From a bacterium (GTDB lineage Bacteria > Electryoneota > Electryoneia > Electryoneales > Electryoneaceae), in contig CAXXKJ010000002.1 in the NCBI GenBank assembly GCA_963675295.2, positions 1,184,001-1,248,000 of the forward strand: a DNA stretch of 64,000 nt. Reading direction: 5' to 3'. This document shows positions 1 through 8,919 of the stretch, one piece after another. The translations under genes were made by a program, and so were the position numbers. Positions within the stretch are counted from its first letter, which is position 1; each line of letters opens with the position of its first letter. The notes under the pieces were generated by a model. It searched no databases. It saw only the letters and a list, made by a program, of their open reading frames with translations, and was not told where the DNA came from.

Positions 1-1
1 T

Positions 2-196
2 GCCACGACCGACGAATTCAGTGGAAAGTTCGTCGTACGACTCCCAAAAGAACTGCATCAACTGTTGGCGGAAAAGGCCAAACGCGATGGATCGAGTCTA
101 AACCAATACGTGGTATACTTGCTTGCCAGAAACATCGTGTTGGACAAAGACAAGGCTGAGTTTGTTCCGGTGTATCCGTCAAGCAAGGCCAGCTGA
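2..196 (+). CDS. hicB: HicB-family antitoxin, C-terminal ribbon-helix-helix part (5'-truncated by window edge)
   Basis: Manual translation of frame 2 gives ATTDEFSGKFVVRLPKELHQLLAEKAKRDGSSLNQYVVYLLARN...SKAS*. The SGKF-x-VR-LP--LH...SLNQY pattern is typical of HicB RHH domains. Not in the ORF track. Confidence 0.8.
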   Translation, partial: ATTDEFSGKFVVRLPKELHQLLAEKAKRDGSSLNQYVVYLLARNIVLDKDKAEFVPVYPSSKAS

Positions 197-235
197 GTCT
201 GGGCAAACCAGTTCGCCGATCAGTATGGTATCTGC

Positions 236-293
236 GGGTGTGGGGCAGTCCCCACACCCGTTGTTGTTTCGCCACCACAGGACCTGTGGCACC
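236..293. repeat. Pair of GC-rich hairpins (GGGTGTGGGG-CAGT-CCCCACACCC; CCACAG-GAC-CTGTGG-CACC), REP/terminator-like
   Basis: Perfect inverted repeats just downstream of the hicB stop. The second ends in GGCACC, the reverse complement of the GGTGCC foot seen in other repeats. Confidence 0.45.
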
Positions 294-352
294 CGGGGGG
301 CTAGAAACGGATAAAGTCTTGTTTTCTCAGGAGAAAACCTCGCAATACAGTT

Positions 353-368
353 TGGCCCTGCCTTTGCC
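353..368 (+). promoter_or_regulatory. Possible sigma-54 (-24/-12) promoter
   Basis: TGGCCCTGCCTTTGCC fits GG-N10-GC with TTGC, about 140 nt upstream of the sppA fusion start. Confidence 0.3.
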
Positions 369-505
369 TTCAGGCGGATAGAGGAAAACGTGTGGATCTC
401 GCCGGTAACGGTGAGGTTGAGTCTTCCGTCACATAGTCACGACGTACCGTGTACATTTCGCCTTGTGAACACCATCAAATATCATTGAGACTTGGGAGGG
501 GCAAG

Positions 506-3052
506 ATGCAACGCTTTCAACGAACGGCACGGGCCGCGTTGATTCCCGTGTTGATTCTTTCGCTTGCGGCATTCGCGGTTGCGCAGGAGCCGCACGACTA
601 CTATCAGTTCCGCAGCAACAATCTGGTGCCGGTGCCGTATGGTCCGGTCGCCTTGCCGGGCGCAACATCCGGCATGTGGACCAATCCGGCGGGGGTCGGT
701 GCGGATGGATCAAGCGGGTTCCTGTTTACGAAACCGTCCAGCGCGGACGGCTATTCCGATTACCTCAGCGATGACCTGGCGTGGGGTGTCAACCTGGACG
801 GCCTCGGGTTTGGCGTTCAGTATTTGAACGGCAACACCGAAGCCCGGCGCTACACCTGGTCTGTCGGCACCGAAATCGAGGAAGGCTTGTACTTCGGCGC
901 GGCCTACCACTGGACCAGCGACCTGAACATGCAGAACTCGTGGGACTTTGGTTTACTCGCCCGTCCCACCCGCTGGCTCTCGATTGGTGCGACCGCGACC
1001 GAAGCGATCGGCGGTGACTACAGCGTCGATCCGCTGGGCAAGAAGGTGGATGCCGATCCGACGTATCACGCCGGTCTGGCGGTGCGTCCCTTCGGCCCGA
1101 TGTTGACGTTGACCGGTGATGTCACCTTCTCCAAGGTTGGTATTGATGGGACATCGGTTGACTACATGGAAGATCTCGATCCGACGTTTACGGCGAGCAT
1201 CATGCCGTTGGACGGCATCACCATCCGTGGTGGCTATGCGGTTGACAGCGAGACGGTGTTTGCCGGCTTGTCACTCAGCTTCGGGATGAGCACCTTCGGC
1301 AGCTGGTCCGGCTTCGCCAATGATCCGGCGCCGGGACAGCCGGATGACGCCGGCGCGACCTGGATTCGGACCTCCAGCCAGTGGCAGCCGTCGATCTTTG
1401 ATATGTTCGACCGGAAGAAGGTGGTCAAGATGAGTTTGAGCGGACGGTTGGTCGAAGAACCGCAGCCGTTCAGCTTCTTCCGTGGCCAGAACCCGACTAT
1501 GCTGGAGAAGATCCAGCAGCTTGATCAGATCGCTGACGATCCGAGCGTTACCGCCGTGTGGCTGGAGCTGAACGGTCTGTCCGCTCAGCTGGCGGACCTG
1601 CAGGAGCTTCGCGGCGCGATCCAGCGTGTGCAGGACAGCGGCAAGCAGGTCTTCGTTTACGCCACCGACCTCAGTTTCGGTCAGTATTACCTCGCGTCCG
1701 CCGCGGACAAGATCTACATGCAGCCGACCGGCGTGATCGCGATCCCGGGGATCGGGTACGAGTCGATGCACGTCAAGAGCTTCATGGAAAAATTCCACCT
1801 CGTTCCGCAGGTTGAACGCATCGGCAAGTACAAGTCCGCCGCTGAGCTGGTGATCGCGGACAGCGCGTCCGCCGAAGCCGAAGAGGCGATGAACGCGATC
1901 CTCGACGACTGGTTTGACGAATGGGTCAACACGGTGGCGGAAGGTCGCGGCGCGGCGCGCGGTGATGTACGTTCGTGGGTCGATGAGGTCATCCACAACG
2001 GGACTGACGCCGCCGATCTTGGCATGATTGATGCCGCGTTGTACGACGACGAAGTCAAAGACGAAATCAAGTCCGAACTCGGTGACAAGGCGCAGTTTGT
2101 CAGCTCCGGGCAGTACTTCGGCATCGAACACGCGGATCCGGTCTGGGATGACATGACCAGCCCGAAGATCGCCGTGATCTTCGCCGAGGGAATGATCGTC
2201 ACCGGCAAGAGTGGACGGATGGGCTGGAACTCGAGCCCGTACATTGGCTCTGAAACGCTGGCCTCTTTGATCCGGCAGGCACGCAACGACCGTCGCGTGA
2301 AGGCGATCGTGATGCGTGTCGATTCCCCCGGTGGTTCCGGCCTGGCGTCGGATATAATCGCCCGTGAAGTGCAGCTCACGACGAACCCGGAAGATGAAGA
2401 CGCCGACAGCAAGCCGTTCATCGTCTCCATGTCCGGTGTCGCCGGTTCGGGTGGCTACTACATCGCCTGTTTCGCGGATGATATCGTCGCGCCGACCACC
2501 TCGATCACCGGCTCGATCGGCGTGCTCGCGATGAATCTCGACTACCATCCGTTGATGGACACGCTCGGCGTTCACTTTGACCCGAATTATCGTGGCGAAA
2601 ACGCCGGCATGTTCAACGGGCGTGAGTGGAACGAGGAACAGCGCGGGATCATCTACGACGAGATCAGCTCGCACTACCAGGTGTTCATCGGTCATGTCGC
2701 GGAAGGCCGTGGGATGACGAAGGACGCCGTGGACGCCGTCGGTCAGGGCCGGGTCTGGTCCGGTCAGGATGCCGTCGCGAAGAACCTCGTGGACGAAAAC
2801 GGCGGACTTTACGAAGCGATCCAGATGGCGAAGTTGAACATCGGCATGGACACGGATGAGAAGGTCGATCTGAAGCTGTACTACCCGGGTTCGAGCTGGA
2901 ATGTGGGCAGCGATTTCAACGCGCTGGTCTTCAACCAGATGCCCGATCCGGTCCGTGACCTGCTGGTGCGTGAAGAGATGATGCGTGTGCTCGACGAAGA
3001 GTCGATGAACATGCTGACGCCGGTCAACGCGGACGATCTGTACCTCGACTGA
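506..3052 (+). CDS. sppA: Signal peptide peptidase SppA (67K type, S49) with N-terminal PorV/FadL-like beta-barrel domain
   Basis: Sec signal (MQRFQR...AFAVAQ), then an NPAG motif and alternating amphipathic strands, then two S49 domains with GKYKSA (Lys), RVDSPGG, GSGGY (Ser) and TGSIGV. ATG at 506 follows GGGAGG. Confidence 0.88.
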   Translation: MQRFQRTARAALIPVLILSLAAFAVAQEPHDYYQFRSNNLVPVPYGPVALPGATSGMWTNPAGVGADGSSGFLFTKPSSADGYSDYLSDDLAWGVNLDGLGFGVQYLNGNTEARRYTWSVGTEIEEGLYFGAAYHWTSDLNMQNSWDFGLLARPTRWLSIGATATEAIGGDYSVDPLGKKVDADPTYHAGLAVRPFGPMLTLTGDVTFSKVGIDGTSVDYMEDLDPTFTASIMPLDGITIRGGYAVDSETVFAGLSLSFGMSTFGSWSGFANDPAPGQPDDAGATWIRTSSQWQPSIFDMFDRKKVVKMSLSGRLVEEPQPFSFFRGQNPTMLEKIQQLDQIADDPSVTAVWLELNGLSAQLADLQELRGAIQRVQDSGKQVFVYATDLSFGQYYLASAADKIYMQPTGVIAIPGIGYESMHVKSFMEKFHLVPQVERIGKYKSAAELVIADSASAEAEEAMNAILDDWFDEWVNTVAEGRGAARGDVRSWVDEVIHNGTDAADLGMIDAALYDDEVKDEIKSELGDKAQFVSSGQYFGIEHADPVWDDMTSPKIAVIFAEGMIVTGKSGRMGWNSSPYIGSETLASLIRQARNDRRVKAIVMRVDSPGGSGLASDIIAREVQLTTNPEDEDADSKPFIVSMSGVAGSGGYYIACFADDIVAPTTSITGSIGVLAMNLDYHPLMDTLGVHFDPNYRGENAGMFNGREWNEEQRGIIYDEISSHYQVFIGHVAEGRGMTKDAVDAVGQGRVWSGQDAVAKNLVDENGGLYEAIQMAKLNIGMDTDEKVDLKLYYPGSSWNVGSDFNALVFNQMPDPVRDLLVREEMMRVLDEESMNMLTPVNADDLYLD

Positions 3053-3076
3053 TCGGTCGAACTCTAACGATACTCG

Positions 3077-3110
3077 CGAATCCCGCATCAATGGATGCGG
3101 GATTCGTTTC
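3077..3110 (+). terminator. Rho-independent terminator
   Basis: Perfect 13-bp stem CGAATCCCGCATC/GATGCGGGATTCG followed by TTTC. Confidence 0.8.
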
Positions 3111-3171
3111 TTCTGGCTATTTTGGCCAGGCGGTCGCGAAGGTTTTCCCACAGCACGGGGGCGGAAACCAG

Positions 3172-3465
3172 ATGACTTCAACACTGATGACGTTGCTCAT
3201 CGTCATTCTGATCAACACGATCTTCTGGCTTGGGCTCTATATCCGAATGGCCCACTATGTACGCACACACGGCGGCAGGTTAACCTTGTTTTCCTTCAAC
3301 TTGATGTTCCCCGTGATCGCGCAGTACCGGAAGCTGTATGGGCAGGAAATTGCCCCCGGTTCGAATCTGTTTCCCCTCTGGCTGATCAGCGTAGCTCTCA
3401 ACCTGCTGCTGATTGTTATCCTGATCCTGACGGTTTTCCTGGCACAGCCGGTGGTGCCCTACTGA
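3172..3465 (+). CDS. Small hypothetical membrane protein
   Basis: 97 aa with 2-3 hydrophobic segments; ATG lies downstream of the terminator. Confidence 0.55.
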   Translation: MTSTLMTLLIVILINTIFWLGLYIRMAHYVRTHGGRLTLFSFNLMFPVIAQYRKLYGQEIAPGSNLFPLWLISVALNLLLIVILILTVFLAQPVVPY

Positions 3466-3554
3466 ACAGGTCCGCTGCCAAGCGGGAGTTCCACTACCAT
3501 GGCAATAGCTTGTCACCGTACCTTCCATCATTCCAGGGCAGGGGAGAATCAGGG

Positions 3555-4424
3555 ATGATTGTCTACTACAACGGGCAGTATCTCGACAAGGACGAGGTTC
3601 GGATCTCGCCGGACGATCGCGGCTGGTTGTTCGCGGACGGGATCTACGAAGTTGTGCGGGTATATTGCGGGAAACCGTTCCGCATGCTGGAGCACATCGA
3701 CCGGCTGCGCCACTCCGCCGGAGAGATTTTCCTGCGCTTGCCGGATGATTTCGACTTGCGCGAAATCTCGCGTGAGTTGCTGCAACGAAACAACGTGACC
3801 GGTGACGCGGTGATCTACATCCAGATCACGCGGGGTGCCGCACCGCGCACGCATCATTTCCCGCCCCCGGACACGCCGCCCACGGTCTATGTTTTGGTCC
3901 GAGATTTTCCCGCCAACCCGCAGCAGTTCGAGGAGGGCTTCGGTGTCCTGCTGGTGCCGGACACTCGCTGGGCGCGTTGCGATGTCAAGACAATCAATTT
4001 GCTGCCGAACACGTTGGCCTCGGAAGCTGCGCGGCAGGCAAACGCCCAGGAAGCCGTTTTCGTACGCGGCAAAGCGGTTGCGGAAGGGACACACACCAGC
4101 GTCATCGCGATCCGGGACGGTGTCGTTGTCACCAGCCCGGTGGACGAGAACATCCTGCCGTCGGTGACCCGTTCGATCCTGCTTCAGTTGTGCCAGGAAC
4201 GGGGGATTCCGGTGCACGCGGAGGGGTTGACGGTGCAATCGTTCCTGCATGCCGATGAGGCGGTGCTGCTCGGTACGACGACCGAGCTGACCCCGATCAA
4301 TCGGATCAAGCTGGTGCCGGAGTTGCGTCATCTCGGCGACGCCACCCGTTTCCGCACCCCCGGCCCGATCACGCAGAAGCTGCAGGAAGGCTACCGCGAC
4401 CTGATCCAGCGGGAATGCGACTGA
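3555..4424 (+). CDS. dat: Class IV PLP-dependent aminotransferase (D-amino acid transaminase-like)
   Basis: DRGWLFADGIYEVVR, YIQITRG, RWARCDVKTINLLPN, EG, ILPSVTR and DE motifs. Confidence 0.85.
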   Translation: MIVYYNGQYLDKDEVRISPDDRGWLFADGIYEVVRVYCGKPFRMLEHIDRLRHSAGEIFLRLPDDFDLREISRELLQRNNVTGDAVIYIQITRGAAPRTHHFPPPDTPPTVYVLVRDFPANPQQFEEGFGVLLVPDTRWARCDVKTINLLPNTLASEAARQANAQEAVFVRGKAVAEGTHTSVIAIRDGVVVTSPVDENILPSVTRSILLQLCQERGIPVHAEGLTVQSFLHADEAVLLGTTTELTPINRIKLVPELRHLGDATRFRTPGPITQKLQEGYRDLIQRECD

Positions 4425-4429
4425 TTCCT

Positions 4430-4492
4430 GGGCGATGGGCTATTGGCTGTAGGCCATGGGTCACGGTCTGCGGGCTACGGGCTGCGGCTTCC
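4430..4492 (+). repeat. Degenerate heptamer tandem repeat (~9 x GGGCTAY-like)
   Basis: gggcgat gggctat tggctgt aggccat gggtcac ggtctgc gggctac gggctgc ggcttcc. Confidence 0.65.
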
Positions 4493-4506
4493 GGATTGCC
4501 ATTGAA

Positions 4507-4540
4507 ATGTGCCCCGACCGTAAAAAAGCTGGTCGGGATC
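4507..4540 (+). repeat. REP-like hairpin, family B (TGCCCCGACC...GGTCGGGATC)
   Basis: Near-identical copy at 48848-48881. Confidence 0.7.
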
Positions 4541-4562
4541 GTCCCGTCAATTCATCTCAAAA

Positions 4563-4588
4563 CGTGCCCCAGACATTCATGTCTGGGG
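4563..4588 (+). repeat. REP-like hairpin, family A (TGCCCCAGACATTCATGTCTGGG)
   Basis: Palindrome repeated at 13260, 23046, 41286 and 49107; variant at 13212. Confidence 0.85.
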
Positions 4589-4670
4589 TCAACCGCCGCG
4601 CATCCAATTCCGGAATCTTCGAACCCAGTTTCCTTACCTTCCGAGTGTCCAGCCACCACCGGGAGGTCCG

Positions 4671-5579
4671 ATGCATCCGCGTGCCGTGTATTTGTTATTC
4701 CCATCGTTCGCAGCTGCTGCCCTGTTGCTGATCCTGCTTGCCGTTCTTTCCCCATCTCCGGCTCACGCCCTGATCCCGCCAGACTCCGCGCGCGCAAACC
4801 AATTGCGGCCGGAGCAGGAGGAACCGTGGCGTTTCACCTTCACCACGAACGGCAACCTGTGGCTGTGGTGGGCGACGGAGAAGGACACGGCGGTGACCTG
4901 GGATTACGGCGCGACGGTGGACATGGAGATCGCGCGCGGACGTGGGCACCGGCTGTGGTACGGCGGCTCCTACCGCATGGCGGCGGGCTTTAACGAGGGC
5001 CAGTCGATCACGCCGTTCGATCCAAACCAGGTCGATACGTGGCTGCATTTCTCCTACCGCTGGGCGTGGCGGGAACGACGGATGGCGTTTCTCAACATGC
5101 GCCGCACCTGCTTCCACCTGATCGACCAGAAGTATCGGGACGCAGTCTTCTGGACACACGCCGCGTTCGGACTTGGCACCACCTCACCGGTCGAACACGG
5201 CGAAGCGGCGGCGATTGTGCGCTACCTGAACCGGCCAATGTGGAACGCGTACCTCTCGACCGGACCGTTCCTGCACGGCGGCGTTTCCCGTCTGCTCGGC
5301 CACAACCCGACGTGGCAATGGGAGAGCAGCGGCTACCTGTCGTACACGTACCCCGTGACCCGCACCTTTCTGCTCGACGCGCAGCTGGCCGGCGACTGGC
5401 TGTACCTGTTGCCCAATGATGGCGGCCAGCACCGGTATCGCGCACGGATGCGGCTGTACTTGATCGCGCAACGGGACCGGGGGAACGCGTCGTTCTTCGT
5501 CGACCGTGTGCTGCACGACAGCTACCCGGAGCGCTTTCACCCCGTCGGCTGGCGTGTCGGCCTCGAACACCGGTTCTGA
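4671..5579 (+). CDS. Hypothetical outer-membrane beta-barrel protein
   Basis: Signal peptide ending PAHA, aromatic-rich alternating strands, C-terminal VGLEHRF (BAM-type aromatic end). Confidence 0.6.
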   Translation: MHPRAVYLLFPSFAAAALLLILLAVLSPSPAHALIPPDSARANQLRPEQEEPWRFTFTTNGNLWLWWATEKDTAVTWDYGATVDMEIARGRGHRLWYGGSYRMAAGFNEGQSITPFDPNQVDTWLHFSYRWAWRERRMAFLNMRRTCFHLIDQKYRDAVFWTHAAFGLGTTSPVEHGEAAAIVRYLNRPMWNAYLSTGPFLHGGVSRLLGHNPTWQWESSGYLSYTYPVTRTFLLDAQLAGDWLYLLPNDGGQHRYRARMRLYLIAQRDRGNASFFVDRVLHDSYPERFHPVGWRVGLEHRF

Positions 5580-5597
5580 TTCGGCTGCGGACGGGGT

Positions 5598-5650
5598 TGG
5601 TGCCCGTGATTGTCCGCCGGTCCGTTTCGGCGGCTATCGCGGGTTATCGG
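5598..5650 (+). repeat. REP-like hairpin, family D (GGTGCCCGTGATTGT...GGCTATCGCGG)
   Basis: Copies at 35298-35353 and 50975-51030. Confidence 0.75.
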
Positions 5651-5682
5651 CGTCGGCAGAGCTTGCGCGGGTATGGACCTGA

Positions 5683-5761
5683 ATGTGCCCCTGATGGCTC
5701 CGCCAGCAGGGCTTATCCAACGTCGGATGACCCGCGTTGTCGAAGCCAACACTGGCAAGAG
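5683..5761 (+). repeat. Composite repeat, family E+F (ATGTGCCCCTGATGG..CCAGCAGGG...CCCGCGT...GGCAAGAG)
   Basis: Direct, ~78-nt imperfect copy at 7728-7806. Confidence 0.75.
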
Positions 5762-5913
5762 GTGATCGATCACGAATCATCCCGACGAGCACTTTTGCCA
5801 TCGGGGCAAACACTGTCGCGAGCAATTGGTATTCGTATCCCATCCATTGAGCTTCTCGCTTCGGCGTTGTGCGTAGACGTATGTTAGTTGCGAATCAAGC
5901 GTGAGGAAATTCG

Positions 5914-7713
5914 ATGTGCCGCCGTTTGTGCTATTTCATCACCTGCATCGCTTTCGGCCTGGCCACCGTCAGCCTCGCCCAGCCGCCAGATACCCTTTGG
6001 ACCTCCCGATGGGACATGGGAGGTGCAGAAGAGTATGTCAACTCGATTTCGCCGACATTCGACGGCGGTTTCGTGTTAACAGGACAGACAAATGTGATTC
6101 AGGATGGCTATGCCTGTTGGGTTTGCAGAGTAGATGCTGACGGAGAAACCTTGTGGAGCAGGCTGTACGGTGGCGGTGATCGCGAAAAAGGCATGTATGC
6201 CGAACAGACTTCCGATTCAGGATTTGTCGTTTGTGGATCATCTCGATCATTTGGCCCGTATCCGAGCTATGGTTCCTATGTGATGAAGCTGAATCAAGTT
6301 GGTGATGTGCAATGGCATAGAATTTTCAGTGCTGATGGCTACGATGATCACGCAAGTTGTGTCCGTGAAATGCCAAATCATGATCTTGTGGTAGGAGGCA
6401 TTCATGAAGGTCTTCCATACCTGGCCAGACTAAGCGGCTCAGGACAACCTGTTTGGTTCAATACGTATGAAATCCCAGATGGAATTTACTTTGATATAGA
6501 ATTCGTAGAACCTACTTCTGATGATGGCTGTGTTGCTGGTGGGCGTTATTATCCAGATACCCATACACGAGCCACGCTCTGGAAAACCGATTCCGAGGGC
6601 GCACTGGAATGGATTGCGGACTCACTTGATATGGCAACGGCGACCTGTGTTCGTCAAACAGAGAATGGCCATTTTGTCACTTCAGGATATCAAGATGTTT
6701 TTGATGATACAGGAGTGAGTCGACAAGCTGCGGAATACGATGAGTATGGCGAGTTGGTTTGGGAGAGACGGTATTTGGGTGATGATGCAACAGATCGGGG
6801 AACTTCAATATCAATAGCGCAAGATGGAAACTTGCTTGTTACTGGCTATTACTGGGTTTGGGATTATCTGAATTACAATCAATGGATTGCTAAAGTCGAA
6901 CGTGATGGCGGTGATATCATCTGGGAAACATCAATCCAGATGGGAAGACCGTTGAGTATGGCGATTTCCCGTGATGGAGGTATCGCCTACGCAGGCGGAG
7001 ACGAGTTCGGTTCTGGGCAAGCCTGGAGTAGCGATTTTGTGATGGTCAAACTGGCACCGGAAGTGACGGTCAGTTTGACGTCCGATCCAGACCCGATCCC
7101 GAGTACCGGCGGCACGTTGATCTTTGACGAACTGCTCGCCAACATCCTCGTCGAACCGACCGATCTTGACCGCTGGACTTTGATCCTCGGCCCCAACGAC
7201 TTCCGTGAGGTCGGTAACGCGTCGCTGTTCACCCTGCAACCGGGCAGCACCACGATAAACCCCAACCAATCCTTCGATATCCCCGCGTCGTGGGCTGACG
7301 GCAGCTACACCGTCGAACTCCACTACGGCAGTTATCCCGGTGACATGTCGAACATGGGACTCGGCATGCTCACCTTCGAGAAGGGTGGTTCCGCGGTGGA
7401 TGATCCGGCGACCCCAGGGTCACAAGATGATCCGGGCCACCCGGCAGAATTCGCGCTGAGTTCTGCCTGGCCGAATCCGTTTAACGCGTCGACGACCTTC
7501 TCCCTGACGTTACCCATTGGTGTGCCGGTGACCGTTACCGTCTGCAACGTTGAGGGGCGTGTTGTCACACAGCTGGGCGATGATACCCGCCTCCCCGCCG
7601 GAACACACAGTTTCACATTCGACGCATCCGGTATGGCGAGCGGACCGTATTTTGTTCACGCAACGATTCCAGGCGAACTGGATCAAGTGCGGAAGGTGAT
7701 GTTGATCCGCTGA
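5914..7713 (+). CDS. Secreted beta-propeller-repeat protein with C-terminal T9SS type-A/FlgD-like domain
   Basis: Signal peptide then QPPDTLW; repeats of the type T-x-D-GG-F...K-x-D-x-x-G-x-x-x-W; C-terminal AWPNPFNA...ASGPYFV...RKVMLIR. Confidence 0.8.
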   Translation: MCRRLCYFITCIAFGLATVSLAQPPDTLWTSRWDMGGAEEYVNSISPTFDGGFVLTGQTNVIQDGYACWVCRVDADGETLWSRLYGGGDREKGMYAEQTSDSGFVVCGSSRSFGPYPSYGSYVMKLNQVGDVQWHRIFSADGYDDHASCVREMPNHDLVVGGIHEGLPYLARLSGSGQPVWFNTYEIPDGIYFDIEFVEPTSDDGCVAGGRYYPDTHTRATLWKTDSEGALEWIADSLDMATATCVRQTENGHFVTSGYQDVFDDTGVSRQAAEYDEYGELVWERRYLGDDATDRGTSISIAQDGNLLVTGYYWVWDYLNYNQWIAKVERDGGDIIWETSIQMGRPLSMAISRDGGIAYAGGDEFGSGQAWSSDFVMVKLAPEVTVSLTSDPDPIPSTGGTLIFDELLANILVEPTDLDRWTLILGPNDFREVGNASLFTLQPGSTTINPNQSFDIPASWADGSYTVELHYGSYPGDMSNMGLGMLTFEKGGSAVDDPATPGSQDDPGHPAEFALSSAWPNPFNASTTFSLTLPIGVPVTVTVCNVEGRVVTQLGDDTRLPAGTHSFTFDASGMASGPYFVHATIPGELDQVRKVMLIR

Positions 7714-7727
7714 GGTCACCGTTCGCC

Positions 7728-7806
7728 ATGTGCCCCTGATGGTTCCGCCAGCAGGGATCATCCACCGTCGGAAAACCCGCGTCAGCAAGCTGACACGGGC
7801 AAGAGC
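7728..7806 (+). repeat. Composite repeat, family E+F (second copy)
   Basis: Matches 5683-5761; contains CCGCGTCAGCAAGCTGACACGGGC, also present at 51055-51078. Confidence 0.75.
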
Positions 7807-7885
7807 AACACTCCCTTCCAAAAGCAACATGGCCGCGTCAGCATTCTATGCGACACGGCCACATTTACCTCACACCCTTACAAGA

Positions 7886-7920
7886 ACTCATCACTCACAA
7901 CTCACCACTCGTCACTCGGG
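7886..7920 (+). repeat. Heptamer tandem repeat (ACTCANN x5)
   Basis: actcatc actcaca actcacc actcgtc actcggg. Confidence 0.6.
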
Positions 7921-8532
7921 TCACGCCTTGTAATCCATCCGCACGTATCGGAACAGGCGTTCGGTGACCAGCAGGCTGGCGGTGGCGACATCAAGCGAGT
8001 AGATGATCAGTTTGTGGAAACGCGCGTTGTCGTCCCGCATGTGATCCTCGAGCACCGCTTCCCGGCGGAATCCGATGTCCTTGACCAGTTTGCAGCCTTC
8101 CTTGTGCATGTCGGTGAGCTCGGCGTAGACCTTGAGGATGCCGTGTTGTTCGGCGAGGTTGAGCACTTCCTCGAGCAGTACCGTGGCGATGCCGGCGCGG
8201 CGGAAATCCGGGTGCGTGACCTGGGTCAGCCTGGCGGTGTGTTGCACCCAGCGGCTGCTGCCGGGATACATCGCCAGTGAGCCGAGGATACGTTGGTTGC
8301 CGTGCCACGCGACCAGCCGGTAAACCGACTCGTCCGCAACCTGTTCCCGCACCTTGTCGGCATAATCCGGGTCGTTCACATCGCATGGCAGCAACGCCTG
8401 TTGATCGGACGGGAGCGCGCGCAGCATGGTAACCAGATCGTCCACGTGAGCGAGCTCCAGCGGTTTGATCAGCACAGACAGGTGGTTTCTGCAACGGACA
8501 ACCTTGGGGTACTCAGCGAGAAACGTTTCCAT
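7921..8532 (-). CDS. GNAT-family N-acetyltransferase
   Basis: Acetyl-CoA binding motif HPDFRRAGIAT and GFRREAVL; ATG at 8532 preceded by GGAGG. Confidence 0.8.
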   Translation of the reverse strand: METFLAEYPKVVRCRNHLSVLIKPLELAHVDDLVTMLRALPSDQQALLPCDVNDPDYADKVREQVADESVYRLVAWHGNQRILGSLAMYPGSSRWVQHTARLTQVTHPDFRRAGIATVLLEEVLNLAEQHGILKVYAELTDMHKEGCKLVKDIGFRREAVLEDHMRDDNARFHKLIIYSLDVATASLLVTERLFRYVRMDYKA

Positions 8533-8860
8533 GGGGCACCTCCAGCGAATCGTGGACGATTCGGGCAGGCCGTGTAGAGCTGTACCGTGGAGGGAATGCA
8601 AGCGGGTGGGCGTCGGCGAGCGCGGGAGCTGGCGCGTCGGCAGTCGGCGGGCTCGTCGCGCACGACCCGCCGCACGCGACTGACCTGTCCTCGTACCTAA
8701 AGTACTGGATCTACCTCGGGTTGGCAATGAGAAAGTTGAGATTTTGGGAATTCGTCGCTTGATGTGGCAGCACGACTGCGGGCTGGTGCTTGTGCCGGCG
8801 GGGTTGATCTGGATGCTTGCCGGGTGTTGATCGGGAGGCGTGGGCGAGTTATGTTACTGC

Positions 8861-8888
8861 TAGACTAATAGTCTAGACCAATAGTCTA
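8861..8888 (+). promoter_or_regulatory. Tandem palindromic operator (probable TetR autoregulatory site)
   Basis: TAGAC-TAATA-GTCTA overlapping TAGAC-CAATA-GTCTA, 31 nt upstream of the TetR ATG. Confidence 0.7.
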
Positions 8889-8919
8889 CAACTTCTCCGC
8901 ACGACGCTGAGGCCGCACC

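Noticed and set aside
1271-3184. 637-aa antisense ORF opposite sppA (likewise 23593-25224, 27209-28399, 40223-41383, 47037-48107, 58237-59523)
   Set aside because: Shadow ORFs expected from high-GC3 codon bias on the opposite strand of well-supported genes; no recognisable motifs
5803-5835. c-di-GMP-I riboswitch-like GGCAAAC start (also near 201)
   Set aside because: The downstream GACGCAAAG and second-stem elements are absent
5683-7806. Integron cassette with attC sites
   Set aside because: No RYYYAAC...GTTRRRY core sites bounding the repeats and no integron integrase in the window
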